The notes under the pieces: generated by a model
The model's database searches: none
The model's input: the letters and a program-made list of their open reading frames with translations, nothing else
What the model was told of the DNA's origin: nothing
NCBI GenBank assembly: GCA_051294375.1
Contig: CM119264.1
Span: forward strand, 3,267,575-3,331,574
Direction: 5' to 3'
From: Paraspadella gotoi
Lineage: Eukaryota > Animalia > Chaetognatha
DNA length: 64,000 nt
Part shown: positions 14,734 through 27,720 of the stretch, piece after piece
How positions within the stretch are numbered: the first letter of the stretch is position 1
Layout: every line of letters begins with the position of its first letter
Made by a program: the position numbers and the translations under genes

Positions 14734-15497
14734 TCGATCATTTTTCGTTCCGATGCACTCAAGTTTCAAGTTTCAGGTTAAAGATCGAATTTTAACATTT
14801 TTCAAATCTCAAAATTTGAATTAAATAAAAAAAAAAGTCATTTCCGATTTCGTGTCTAAGGGTCGAATTCCTTGAATGCACTTATTTTGTGATATCTGAC
14901 ATTGTCACAGTTGATGTGAGAGTTATTTCTTTCGTCGTTGTCCTTTCCTCAGATGTAGGTTCTCACTCAAAAAGTCAGTGGTGTACCTTCGATTAGACGA
15001 TATGTATATATTTTTTCTGTCTCTCCTTGTTTAGCATACAGACATAGACAATTTGACATGGTAACTACTAATTAGTTTTTACTTTTTTGATAATTTCCTT
15101 CACGAAATCCTTAGTTTCACATTTAAAGTCTTTCGATCACCGGATTTTGTGAAAAATGGACGCGATTAAATCGAGAAAAAAAGAACAACAACAACAACAA
15201 CAACAACAAAAAATAGATATAAATTTCACTCGACTTCTAACCTGAAGAGAGGAAAATAATGATAACTTTTAACTAGGCACTTTGATACTATAAATGCAAT
15301 CATTGGTCAATATCCGATGTTCAATAGGATTACGATTAGTTCTAACTGTTAAAAAAATTCTTTATTTAATACATATATATCTTAAATTAAGGGTTGAAGG
15401 TCAACCGAGATTCACTCCGCCCCCGAAACAAATGAATTAAAGCAGTAAAAAATATTTTTGAGCTGTCGTCTTCATTTGATTGTTTGATTGATTGACA

Positions 15498-15556
<59 letters not shown>

Positions 15557-15568
15557 TTCGTCTTGCTG

Positions 15569-15611
<43 letters not shown>

Positions 15612-15635
15612 CTCTCTCTCTCTCTTTTTTTTCTG

Positions 15636-15670
<35 letters not shown>

Positions 15671-15686
15671 CTCTCTTCTCTCTCTC

Positions 15687-15725
<39 letters not shown>

Positions 15726-15747
15726 CTTTCTATCTCTCTCTTCTCTG

Positions 15748-15778
<31 letters not shown>

Positions 15779-16523
15779 CTCGTCTGATTTTGATTAATAT
15801 TATTAGGTTAAAAACGTATTAATTAATGAAAAAGGCCATCTCTTCTCGTTAACGCGCAGATTAGTGACGCAGTTATCTCAAGATAGAAATAAGTTTTCAG
15901 GTTTCACTGTTCAAAGTGTTAACCATGTTTATAATTTCTGCTATCAGTAACTTCAAGAATGAACCTTTAATTGATTCCAATTCTTAATTATCTTTTCTTC
16001 CTCGTACTGGAGATTAAGCTGCGATTTAGAAACTACATAAAAAGTTTTTTTTTTTTTTTGCACTTAGTTTGTATTGTTTTTCAATATTATTATAAGCAGG
16101 TCAAAAAACCGTGGAGTAGTTATAATTTTATTTAACAAATAATACGTACAAATTTTGAACCTGTGTAATTGAATATTTATGAAGCTTTATTAGAATCTAT
16201 TAATCAAAATTTTAAAGTTAAAAACAATATTTTTTTCGATTTATAACATTTTCAAACGCCTGAAAACAATGAACAAAATGAATGGATGATTAAACAAAGA
16301 ATTAAATGAATGACTATTTAAACGAATGAAATAAGGAATTTGTAATTCTGGGTGGGGGCGGGGGACCCGAAAGGGAGGGGAGTCAACAGAGAAGGAATAA
16401 CCGCCCGTATGGAACTCGGAGAGCGCGGAAAAGAAATAAAGGGAGACATCTACGAGAGGCCGATGACGAGTCCGGGCTAAAAATAGCCGGTTGACTACTA
16501 CTCCAGTGGAACTTTTATTATCT

Positions 16524-16632
<109 letters not shown>

Positions 16633-16958
16633 ATTTTTATGTTCCATCCGAAAAGACTGGATAGCGCGGGAAAATGTTTTAAAAATTTTAAGTAAAGAAT
16701 TTATTTTTAGAAATTTAGAATTTCGGTGGAAAACAAATCTTTTGTCGTTCGATCTTTCGTTTCGATCGAAAAAACGCGGGAAAACAAATACGTTGTTTTG
16801 TTTTCGGGACAAAACATTTCGCGTCGGAAGAAAAATGATGCAAACGGTGGGAATGTTTTGCTGGTGAATGTGAAGTTGTGAATAATGTTTAATCACGTGA
16901 CCATTCATCGTTTTGAAGAAAACGGAGTCGTTTCAGTTTAACTAGATAATCTTAATCA

Positions 16959-17050
<92 letters not shown>

Positions 17051-17139
17051 ATGAAGGAAAGAATGAAAGAAAGAAATAAATACAAAAAAGAAGAAATAAA
17101 AGTATGAATGAATACAAATAATATGTCACTTTAATTAGA

Positions 17140-17214
<75 letters not shown>

Positions 17215-19087
17215 CCGCATCGTTATCGACTAATAAATTCTTTCGTAATGAATCAATAGTCCCGACTTGTCCTTCGCCGTCGCGCCTTTTCCCTCTCAAA
17301 TTTCTCAGCCTTTTACTTACCTCAATAAAAAAATCTAACGACTCATTAACTTACCTTCGAAAAAAAAAGACGCTTTCGTTTAGACGAAAAACCAGAGATT
17401 AATTGAGATGGGAAACTTTAAATCACTTCAATTAAACGAGGTTATTACAAAATCAGGTTCATTATCTAACATTTCTTTATCCTTACACTTTAATTTTGTA
17501 AAAATAAATAATATTCATTATTCTAATTGGACTAAAGTTTATTTTAAGTGAATAAACAAAAAAATTTCGAATCAAATTTGGGGAGAAAGAATAAAGATTT
17601 ATCCGATTATAATTTAAGTACAAATTGCCCCAAGAATGTCCTAAACAAATAATTATTTCAAATGTCAGTTATCATAAAACTGAGACATCACTTTTTTTAA
17701 AGTTCACTTCCTTTAATGTTTCTTTCTTCCCCCATCACTTTTTACGTCCTACATCATTACTACATCATTCCTACAGCTCATTCACAATTGCATTGTTACT
17801 GTGTTGAATTTTCACATTTTGAGCATAATAAATCAATCAAATCAAATCATTATCACATTATTGTATTCGTATCCTTAGCTTTTTATTTATAACATTTTTC
17901 TCCTCTGAATTAATAAAAACATGTCTCCAAAAACATTAACTAATTTTTACCCGATCTTTAACCGATCCACCTCCATTTCTTACCATCTCTTCCCCCTTTT
18001 TCTCTTCCATCTTTAACCAAGACTAACCAACTCCACATTCTTCTCCCTCATCAATTGAACCGGAAACACGAAATTCCTTTGGATTTTTTTTTGGAGAGAG
18101 AGAGAGAGAGANNNNNNNNNNGAGAGAGAGAGAGAGAGAGATAACCAGACCAGCTGTTCAGTTCATTTGTATCCAAACAAAGGTTCGAAAAGATATTTCT
18201 TAATTTCACTTGTAAAGTTGACATAATTCTGTAGACCACAAAGGAAGAGTTTTAGGATTTGCATTTTTCGATTAGATTTAAAAAAAATTAAACAAATGAT
18301 TAATGATTAAGTTTTTTAATCTTTTTAATTTTTTCTCTTTCCAAGTATCAACGAAAGTTCTGCATTTTCAAATTCCCTCTTTTGTTTTCTACTTTTTTTT
18401 AGGTTTAAATTGAAAAGAAAATTCTCCTAAATTAAAACTTATACAGATTTTTTTATTCATTAATCAAACAGAGAGCTTTAAACTCGGTGATTTTTGAATG
18501 ATACTAGTCTGATATTTATTACCTATCAAACTCATACTAATACATCTTAGACTAAGATTGAATCGAATCCAATTACTTCGTTACAGCAATAAACTTTGTT
18601 TTTGATTTCGCTTCTTCCCAGAATCTTGGATGTTGTCATTTGTATTTTTTACACGCTACGCTACGCTACGCCGAAACCGACGATTGATTGATAGATTGAT
18701 CCATTAATTGATTAATTTGATGATTGATTGAACAATTTTTGACTCACGAAAAAAAATTTTTGATTGATTGATTGACTTGATCGAAGTTCATTTTTTCCGA
18801 CTCATCATTGTGTCTATTCATTGAGGTCGTCGTCGTCGTCATCGTCGTCGTCGTCGTCGTCGTACCTCCCCTTCAAACTTCCTTCTTTCCTCCCATCCTC
18901 TTTCTTTCTAATTCCGCTCATGAGTTGGAATCTCTTAATTTTAATCTCTCAAACATTTATCTCGCCATCTTTTTTATCACTTTTCCTTTTTTAATGACTT
19001 TTTCTCAGTATTTTCCTTTTTTTTAATTCATCAGAGAGAGAGAGATGAGAGAGAAGATATGAGAGAGAAGAGAAGAGAAGGAGAGAG

Positions 19088-19124
<37 letters not shown>

Positions 19125-19521
19125 TTTGTTATCATGGTTTCATCATCGTTTTATCTAATTTTTTTTATCACAACGAAACGCTACGACGTCGACCAAACGT
19201 CGTAAAGATTTTTCCTTCTTTTTTATTTTATTTTATTTTTGTATTATTTTGTCCGTAAAGTTTGATTTTGTTTACTTTTTCGGCAGGCCAAATTCGTGAT
19301 TTCCCGAGAGAGAGAGAGAAGAGAGAAGAGAGAGAGAGAGAGAGAGAGATAAGAGAGAAGAAGAGAGAAGATGAGAGAGAGAGAGAGAGAGATAGAGGAG
19401 AGAGGCTAGATGTGATCCCCCTTTTTCTTGTTCCCCGTCGTCGTTACGAAAAATTGGGTATCACTGTATCAAAATTGGGTGTCCTGCGATGGTATCTACG
19501 CAGAGAATGGATTATCAATTG

Positions 19522-19623
19522 GCTTGTCTCTCTTGGCTTCTCCGTCTTTTCTTCTGATTGACCAATCAGAGAGCTTGTCTCTCTTGGCTTCTCCGTCTTT
19601 TCTTCTGATTGACCAATCAGAGA
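19522..19623. repeat. Perfect 51-bp direct tandem duplication containing the palindrome TCTGATTG-AC-CAATCAGA
   Basis: Units start at 19522 and 19573. Confidence 0.85.
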
Positions 19624-20716
19624 GGAGGCTTCCCTCAGGAAACCGACGGCAGAGAAACGAGAGATGGAACTGGATCACTCTTCAACTTACCTTCAAGAAA
19701 CAAACATCAAACTCCTTATGAACTATTTGTATGTTAATTATCATCATCCCAACGTGTTCTTATGTCAAGACTGCAATAGTAATTAATTAATTTTACATAT
19801 TTATTAATTTATTTAACAAAATGACCTTTTTTTTCAATCATCTCTTTTTTTAATACGAAACGAAAAAATTTGATCGACGTCACACACAAAACTTTTCCAC
19901 ACACAAAACGTGTGTCACCGCAGTTTCTTTCATTTCCTTTCGTTTCCTCCGTTTGTTGACTCGTCGTCGTTTTCGTCGTCGTCGTCGTCGTCATCGTCGT
20001 CAAAGGTCGATAATCCTTTCCAACCAAGTGAATTCTTTAAATCTTTCTTTTCGCTTTTATCCTTTCCTCTTTCGTTAATTTACAATTGAATGATTGAGAA
20101 TTTGAATTCCTCGCTAAAAGTTGGTATGTAAGTAAATATAATTTATTTCTAAAAATTCTTTCATAAAAAAAGCAAAAATTATATTGTATTTTTAACTTTC
20201 AGTTTAGAATTGTAGTTTTTTATCAATTTTAACCTACCTAATAATATAATCTTTACATAAGATTTATCTTTTTATTAATAACGTATAATAAATATTTTAA
20301 AATTTTGATAATTTATATGGATAGTACTATGTATAAAATAAGCTGACCGGTATACTTTATTAGTAAAAAAAGAAAAGAAAAATAAACTTTGTAGATTAGT
20401 ATTCACCAATAGTACATTGTACAACACATAATTGCCTAAAGTTTATTTCAAACTTTCACTTCACTCTAGTCCACAACGACAACAACAACAACAACAACAA
20501 CGACGAGGACGATGACATTATTTTTTCTTAGATAAGAATGAAACTAAACGTTTAAGCCTTATAAGAGAATTAACAGGTCGATGACACCAGCCATTGATTA
20601 ATGATAAATGATCAATGATTAATAAGATAATTATTAGGTCGATGACCCCAGCCATTGATTAATGATTAATGATTAATAAGAGAATTAACAGTTCGAAGAC
20701 ACCAGCCATTGATAAC

Positions 20717-21025
20717 CCAGCCATTTTTCCGATAATTGTTGTAGATTGAGAAAGTTAAGAGGGACGCCCACTTTCGAACCAAGTGACGCTCGGCATCGCG
20801 GCGTCTCCGCTTGGTGGCGTGGTGGCGTTGAGGCGCCAGGAACGACCCTCGACGAATAAAGAACGAGGGCACTCGCCTGGGTAAACCGAGCACGACGACT
20901 GCGACGACGATGTAGAAGACGACGACAACGACGACGACGAAATGAGCGCGAATTTCGTTCCTGGAATAGAAACGAGTTGTCGTTGTTGAAAGTAATAGGG
21001 ACGACGTGACCCTAAGACGAAAATC

Positions 21026-21094
<69 letters not shown>

Positions 21095-21209
21095 GCGATA
21101 AGGATGATAACGACTGATCTTACCATTATATCGATAACGATTAACTTTTATTTTAAAAAGCTTTTACAGTGGAAATGTAGAGTGTATAGCTTTAGAGAGA
21201 AAGAGATAT

Positions 21210-21283
<74 letters not shown>

Positions 21284-21528
21284 CGAGAGAGAGCGAGAGA
21301 CGTTATGGACGTATCTAATCGAACCTTTGCCATAAAAAAAGGTTGAAAGAGAAAAAACAGACGAAGAGAAAACGAAAAGTAATGAAAGGTTTTTCCCCCC
21401 CCTCTTCCGCCCCCCTCGCTTGGGAGCTGCTGCAGACTAAGAGGTCAACGACTTACCGCAGCACCTCCTCTTGCTCCGCACCGCTGCGCTGCAGGACCAG
21501 GCGACGTCCGGTGGCAGCAGCTTTTTCC
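20717..21528 (-). CDS. Candidate exons (21528-21457 and 20960-20717) of an unidentified minus-strand gene
   Basis: GC-rich islands in AT-rich DNA; on the - strand CGCAG acceptor and GCG|GTAAGT donor, then TTCCAG acceptor; several frames open; no recognisable product. Confidence 0.3.
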
Positions 21529-21812
21529 CTGCGGCGAAAGCGGAGTTCCTCGTAAAAAGTGAAAATTTTCTTTTCCGTCGCAAAAAAGGAAAAAAGTTCG
21601 ATGGACTTTAAGACGTCGACGTCGTCGTTGTTGTCGTCGTCGTCGTTGTTGTTGTTGTTGTCGTCGTCGTTGTTGTTGTCGTCGTCGTCGTCGTCACCGC
21701 CGTGGGAAGGAGGTTATCCAATCGGTGAAGGAATTTCGATCGATCTACATTTGTCGTTTCCTTTTGGCCTCAAAGGAAAAAATAAGGAATCTGTTGTTAT
21801 CTTTTTATTTTT

Positions 21813-21892
<80 letters not shown>

Positions 21893-22856
21893 TCAACATC
21901 TCCCCTTCATTTAAACTACATCGTCACTTCTCCTCTTTTTTGCGATATATACATATATACTTTAATATATAAGTGACAATAACTCTCCTTATTCCCTTTC
22001 CTTTCCTTTCCTTTCCTTTCCTTTCCTTTCCTTTCCTTTCCTTTCCTTTCTTTTCTTTCCTTTCCTTCCCTTTTCTTCGTTCCTCTATGATTTCTTACAT
22101 TTTTTTAAAATCCTGTTTCTTAATATTTTATCTCCACCTTGTTTTTTAGGATATATAATATAATATTATATAATATATATTTTTTTCTTCTTTTCCTTTT
22201 CAAATATCTTTGATTCATTTTCCTCACGACGACTCTCCCCGAATTCACCAACTCAGATCTCATTTTCCCTCTCACCCTTCTTTTTTTTTCTTTCTCTCCA
22301 CTCTCTCCTTATCCCATCTTTACTCTCTCTTTCTCTTACTGTTGCTCCTGCCTCCAGTCTTTATGTGACCTTGTTCCGTACCGGTCCTCACAGCCGCTTT
22401 TTCCTCTCTTCGCCCTGCACGTCTTCCTTCTCCTCTCTCCATATATCGCCTGCTCTCTCCTTCTCATCTCTCCTCCCTTCTACTCTCTACCTTCCTCTCT
22501 CTTTCCCTTCTATGCCGCCCTCCCCCTTCTTCTCTCTTCCCTTCTCCTCTCTCCCCTTTCTCCTATCTTCCCTTCTTCTCTCTCCCTTTCACTCTCTCCC
22601 CTTCTTCTCTCTTCCCTTCTCCTCTCTCTTTTCTCCTATCTTCCCTTCTACTCTCTCCCTTCTTCTCTCTTCCCTTCTAGTGGCGCGCCCTCCCGCCTTC
22701 GGGCCCTTCTCCTCCACCGATTTTCCGCTATTTTTTTTTTGTGAAAGGAAATTTTCTTCCTGAGAAAAAAAAACTTGGTAAATCTATCTTCGATAATTCA
22801 GCTCCTTTCTTTTTTAAGCGTGGATAAATACGAAAAATAATTAGAAAAATAAAAGA

Positions 22857-23205
22857 AAAACAACATCGGTTCATCCAATGTGTTGCGCCGCAGAGACTTT
22901 ATTTTCACGTATATTTTTTTTTTACATGACATGACCTGACATTAGGCGACATGACATGACTACACGTCTACAATAACTTTCTTTTTTTTAGACACGCACT
23001 GCATCGGAATTCTATCTTTTATTCTTTATAGTTTAATGATTTCCTGAAGGCGGCGCTTGAAGTCCCTGAGATTTGAGTTTTTTTTCTGTCCTAACAAATG
23101 AGCAACCACCTACGTATAGGCAAATTATATGACCTACCGACTGACGGACCTACCGAAAAGTGACTCATAGAATTGCACCGCGAGTACTCGCGGCGCAACG
23201 AAAAA
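22857..23205 (-). mobile_element. Non-autonomous Helentron-like element (HINE family B)
   Basis: Palindrome TTGCACCGCGAGTACTCGCGGCGCAA (23173-23198); subterminal IR GTTGCGCCGC (22882) / GCGGCGCAAC (23190); GACCGAC-type microsatellite; terminal stem-loop ACATCGG-TTCAT-CCAATGT; T-rich flanks on the element strand. Confidence 0.65.
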
Positions 23206-23352
23206 GGGAAAAAATAACGAATCGATGCCTCGGGAGATGTGAGGGGGAGAGGAAGGGAGAGGGAGAGGGGAGAAAGAGGGGGGAGAGAGGGGGGGCGCCT
23301 CATTTTTCTTCCTTTTATTTTCTTTTATAAAACATTGAACCTTTTTTTCTTT

Positions 23353-23383
<31 letters not shown>

Positions 23384-23620
23384 ACGGCGGGGTCGCGAAG
23401 AACTGTTTGAGTTTCTTTTTCCCTTCATTTTTTATTATTAAATGTTATTTAATCATTTTCTTTTTTGGTACATTTAACGACTCCTTCTTTTTCAGTCTCT
23501 CTCTCTCTTTGTCTCTCTCTTTATCCCTCTGTCTGTCTCTCTCTCTCTCTTTCACCTCTACCGTTCATCTCCATACCACAGACTATTTAGTTGAACCTTG
23601 AGCCGTCGCCTTTCCTTCCG

Positions 23621-23711
<91 letters not shown>

Positions 23712-24488
23712 AAACAGAAATATTTTTACGGGAAATTTTTTTTCTTTTTATTTGATTTCTTTTTTTTTTGTTGTGAATGTTTATCTTCGTATTGAATTTC
23801 TGGGTTCGAATCCTGGATGCGTCGCCCGACATTTTAAATCTGCGAACATCGACAAAGTTTGATAAAACTTAATATAAGCATAATTATCTTTTTTCTTTAT
23901 AAATGATTTCATTCAGTTAATGACTTTTTTTGGTTGAAATATCAATTGTCAAATTTCATTTGGCCTTGTTAAATGGTTTCCAAGTTAAATAGAATCATAG
24001 ATGGAAACAAAACTGGACTCAGCTGATTCTTTGTTTTCAAATCGAATTGATCTTTTGTTTCGTAAAACAAAAGGTATAACAAATAGCGTTTGTAAGTTTA
24101 TAGAGTATCTGTGGATGCCTTATCTCGAATTCACACATGTACCTCAGCAATCAGACTGTTTAAAGCCTTTTCACGACCACAATAACAGTCTTTTTCATTA
24201 TATGTTTTTTTCTAGTTAAACTTATAGAAAATAAAAATATCAGCTTTTAAAAAAAATTCAAAAGAACAATGGTCTGGCAAGTGCTTGTTCCCTTACTAAA
24301 ACTTGAAGTATATTAATGATAATTTTTCCCTTTTTTTTAAATTCTTCACTAACTAATAAATATATAATAAATTAAAATATTTAGCTTAAATTTTTTTTCA
24401 AAATAAGTTGTATTAATCCTTTCTTTTGTTGTTTGTTGAGATTAATTAAAAACGAAAATTTTCGTGGAACAACAATAAAGTTTTTATT

Positions 24489-24540
24489 AACTTTGGACAT
24501 GTTTCGGCTCACAACTCAAGCCTTCATCAGCTTAAAAGTT
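24489..24540 (-). ncRNA. Minimal type-I hammerhead ribozyme motif of Penelope-like (pLTR) type
   Basis: Minus strand: AACTTTTAAG CTGATGA A GGCTT GAGTTGT GAGCC GAAACATGTC CAAAGTT AATAAA. CUGAUGA and GAAA cores, 5-bp stem II, palindromic ACATGT stem III, GUC site, bulged stem I. Confidence 0.7.
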
Positions 24541-24818
24541 TAAAATTGAAATATCCTAAAGGAGGGGGAGAAAGTTGCAAAGAAAGCTACTGTAAGGCAA
24601 GCACACCAGTTGTTATGATGTAAAGTATTATATATTTGTCATATGGAGTTATAAACGTCAGAGAGTCGGAGAGTTATAACAACTCTTTTCATTTCACTTC
24701 CATTTGAAATTCGTGTACATCTGAACTATGAAGGAAAATTACGCAATAAGCATCATTTGAAAAAATCCGAGTGAAATTTGAGAAAAACCTTTTGCGTCGA
24801 GGAAACGAATTCACTTGT

Positions 24819-25760
24819 GATCTGCCCACGATCATTAGCGGTAATTAATCAATTAGTTAAAATATTAATTAATAAGACATTAATTAATTCATTAATTAAT
24901 TAATTAATTAGTTAATTGTTTGCACGAACTTGTTTGTTTTTTAGGTCTGTTCGTCAGGTCACTGAGCACGACGACGACGATGGCGACGACGACGATAACA
25001 TCGACGATGATTAATTGAATGATTGATTGATTAATTAATTACTTAATTAATCAATTGAAATATTATTTAATGAATTATTTTATTGATTGATAAATCAATT
25101 GATTGATTAATTTAATGATATATTGATTGATTTATTAATTAATTAATTAGTTAATTGGTTGATAAAATGATTAATTAATTAATTAATTAATTAATTACTT
25201 AATTAATCAATTGAAATATTATTTATTAATTAATTAATTAATTAATTAATTAATTAATTAATTAATTAATTAATTAATTAATTAATTAATTAATTAATTA
25301 ATTAATCAATTTTTCATTCAATTAATCAATAAATTGATTTATCAATCAATAAAATAATTCAATATCGCTGACATTTACATTTGATATAAAAAGAAAAAAA
25401 TCATAATCAAATAGTGAAACAAGTTTTTGTTTTTTATATTTAAACTCATTTCCAATCGGATGATTCGATCGAAACTTGATTTCCTGCTTAATCACACACT
25501 TCTATGCCCGCACACTCAAAATTTCAAGTTAATCGCCCCATCCACTAACGAGTAATTGGCGTTCAAAGCTAAGGAGGGTCGAACGGACGGAAGGACGAAT
25601 ATACGGATGGACTGAAATCATTTTTTTAAACAACTTTTTATGATTAGATGTTTTGAGATGATATTAGTGACTTACCGACAAGATAATGGGTGGCGACCGA
25701 CAGACTGACAAAGTGAATTATAGAACCGGAATCTGCTGTGAAGCAGAGCCGGCTAAAAAA
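24819..25760 (-). mobile_element. HINE family A copy with expanded (AATT)n core
   Basis: Reverse complement of both ends of 3448-4048 (GATCTGCCCACGATCATTAGCGGTAATT at 24819; GACAAAGTGAATTATAGAACCGGAATCTGCT..AGCAGAGCCGGCTAAAAA at the other end). Confidence 0.6.
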
Positions 25761-25995
25761 GTAAACAGAGGAGGAAAACATCGGATTTTTTTGTTCTCAA
25801 TGTGACATTTCGATTTCGAAGGAGCGGAAACAGTTTTTTCTTTAAGTTGACGGGTTCACGAATGACTCACGAATTGGTGAAAGGTGATTTGTGAATGGTG
25901 AGTCGAGGTCCTTTTTGAACTCGTGACTGAGAGATTCCATTTTGGAATTCTTCGAACTTTCACTCTCGTTCACCATTTGTTCCAATCCTGGTTTT

Positions 25996-26107
<112 letters not shown>

Positions 26108-26680
26108 TCATTCATTCATTCATTCTGTGTCATTTTTTCTCGATATTTTCTCCCATTTTCTATTTTTTATTCTCACATTTTTCACTCAAAATTTTTGGGT
26201 TTTTTTTTCACACTTTCCCGTGAAGTGAGTCACTTTGTACTTGAAAACGACGCGGATCTGTTTTGAATCTTCGCGCCTTTTCACACACGACGAACCTCAG
26301 TGATTTCACTATTTCTACTTACATTCTTTTTCAATCCTTCCCCCTGTCTTTCAGTTCTTCCACATCATTTTTCAGTTCTTGACTTTCTTTTTCAGTCCTT
26401 CACCTTCCCTTTGAGTTTATCACATTTACTTTCATTCCTTCACCTTCTCTTTCAAATCTTAATCTTCTCTTTCAGTCCTTCACCTCACCTTTGGGTTTAT
26501 CACCTTCTCTTTCAATCATATTTTTTTAGTTCCTACACATTCTATATCATTCTTTCCCCTTTTTTTTTATTCCTTCACACTCTCTTTCAATCCTTCCTTC
26601 ATTTTTCAATTCCTTGTCTTTCACTATTTCTTCTCCCGTCTCCTTCACAATTCAACCCTTCCTCTTTCCTCTCTTCTCAG

Positions 26681-26757
26681 TCTCGAGTCTCGCCTGCAAA
26701 TCCAAAAACCACGCATCGGGTCACACAACTATCTCTCCCACTCTTCACATGCACTAA
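26681..26757 (+). CDS. CatSper4-like putative 5' exon (LESRLQIQKPRIGSHNYLSHSSHAL), phase 2 to 1
   Basis: Pyrimidine tract + CTCAG acceptor; GTAAGC donor; open frame whose phase chains with the next four exons. Confidence 0.45.
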
Positions 26758-26857
26758 GTAAGCCATCGTTCTCGTCTCTTCCAGTCTCTCTCTCTCACTC
26801 CTTTCTCTTTGTCTCTCTCTTCTCGTTCTCTCTCTCTCATCTTCTCTCTCTCATCTC

Positions 26858-26898
<41 letters not shown>

Positions 26899-27689
26899 TT
26901 GCACCTCACTATGCCTCGCAAACATATGAATTTGTTTATACAGATTTAAAAAAAAGAATTTTAAACGAAAACAACTGTGGGTCTGAGGTTTTATATAAAC
27001 TATTCAATGATTGAAACTTATTTGAGGTTAGTAGTGCGTCCATAGTTTGATCTATCGCCAATCAAAGTTTCTTTTAGCTTCGTCCTCTACACACTCTCGC
27101 TATCGTCGTGGGTGATATTCGCTTCCTCCGTCAGACATACTTAAAAAAAAGACAAAAAAGACTAATAGACTAATAGACTATTAGACTATTAGACCAAAAG
27201 ACTAAAAACACTAAAAACACTAAAAACACTAAAAACACTAAAAACACTAAAAACACTAAAAAGACAAAAAGACAAAAAGACAAAAAGACAAAAAAGACAA
27301 AGACTAAAAGACTATTAGACTAATAGACCAAAAGACTAAAAAGACTAAAAAGACAAAAAGACTAAAAAGACAAAAAGACTAAACGACTAAAAGACTAATA
27401 GACTAAAATACTTAAAAGATAAAAAAGACAAGATATTTCAAGGCTCTCGTTCCATCATGGGTCCCAAACGAGCGTCAGTCGGTGGCGGCGGACCGAATCT
27501 GACGGCGGGGAACGACCAAGGCGACCTACGTTGGCGGAGTTCCGAACCACAAGCCAGCTCCGCCTGTTGGCAGGTCACGGTAGTAGATCGTAGAGGAGAG
27601 CAGAGAGAATGAGAGATGACGAGAGACGAGACGATGGAGGATGATCCGAGAGAGAGAACGCTGAGAGAAGAGAGAGAGCAGAGAAAAAA

Positions 27690-27720
<31 letters not shown>

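Noticed and set aside
16455-16500. TGACGAGTCC hammerhead-like start
   Set aside because: It lacks the core C3, and no GAAA follows the adjacent hairpin.
23800-23830. tRNA/SINE from the B box GGTTCGAATCC at 23803
   Set aside because: No upstream A box or cloverleaf; at most a fragment.
27457-27573. ATG 27457 as the CatSper start (MGPKRASV...)
   Set aside because: That frame leaves in phase 0 and hits TGA at the start of the 28087 exon; the phase-compatible frame is a different one.
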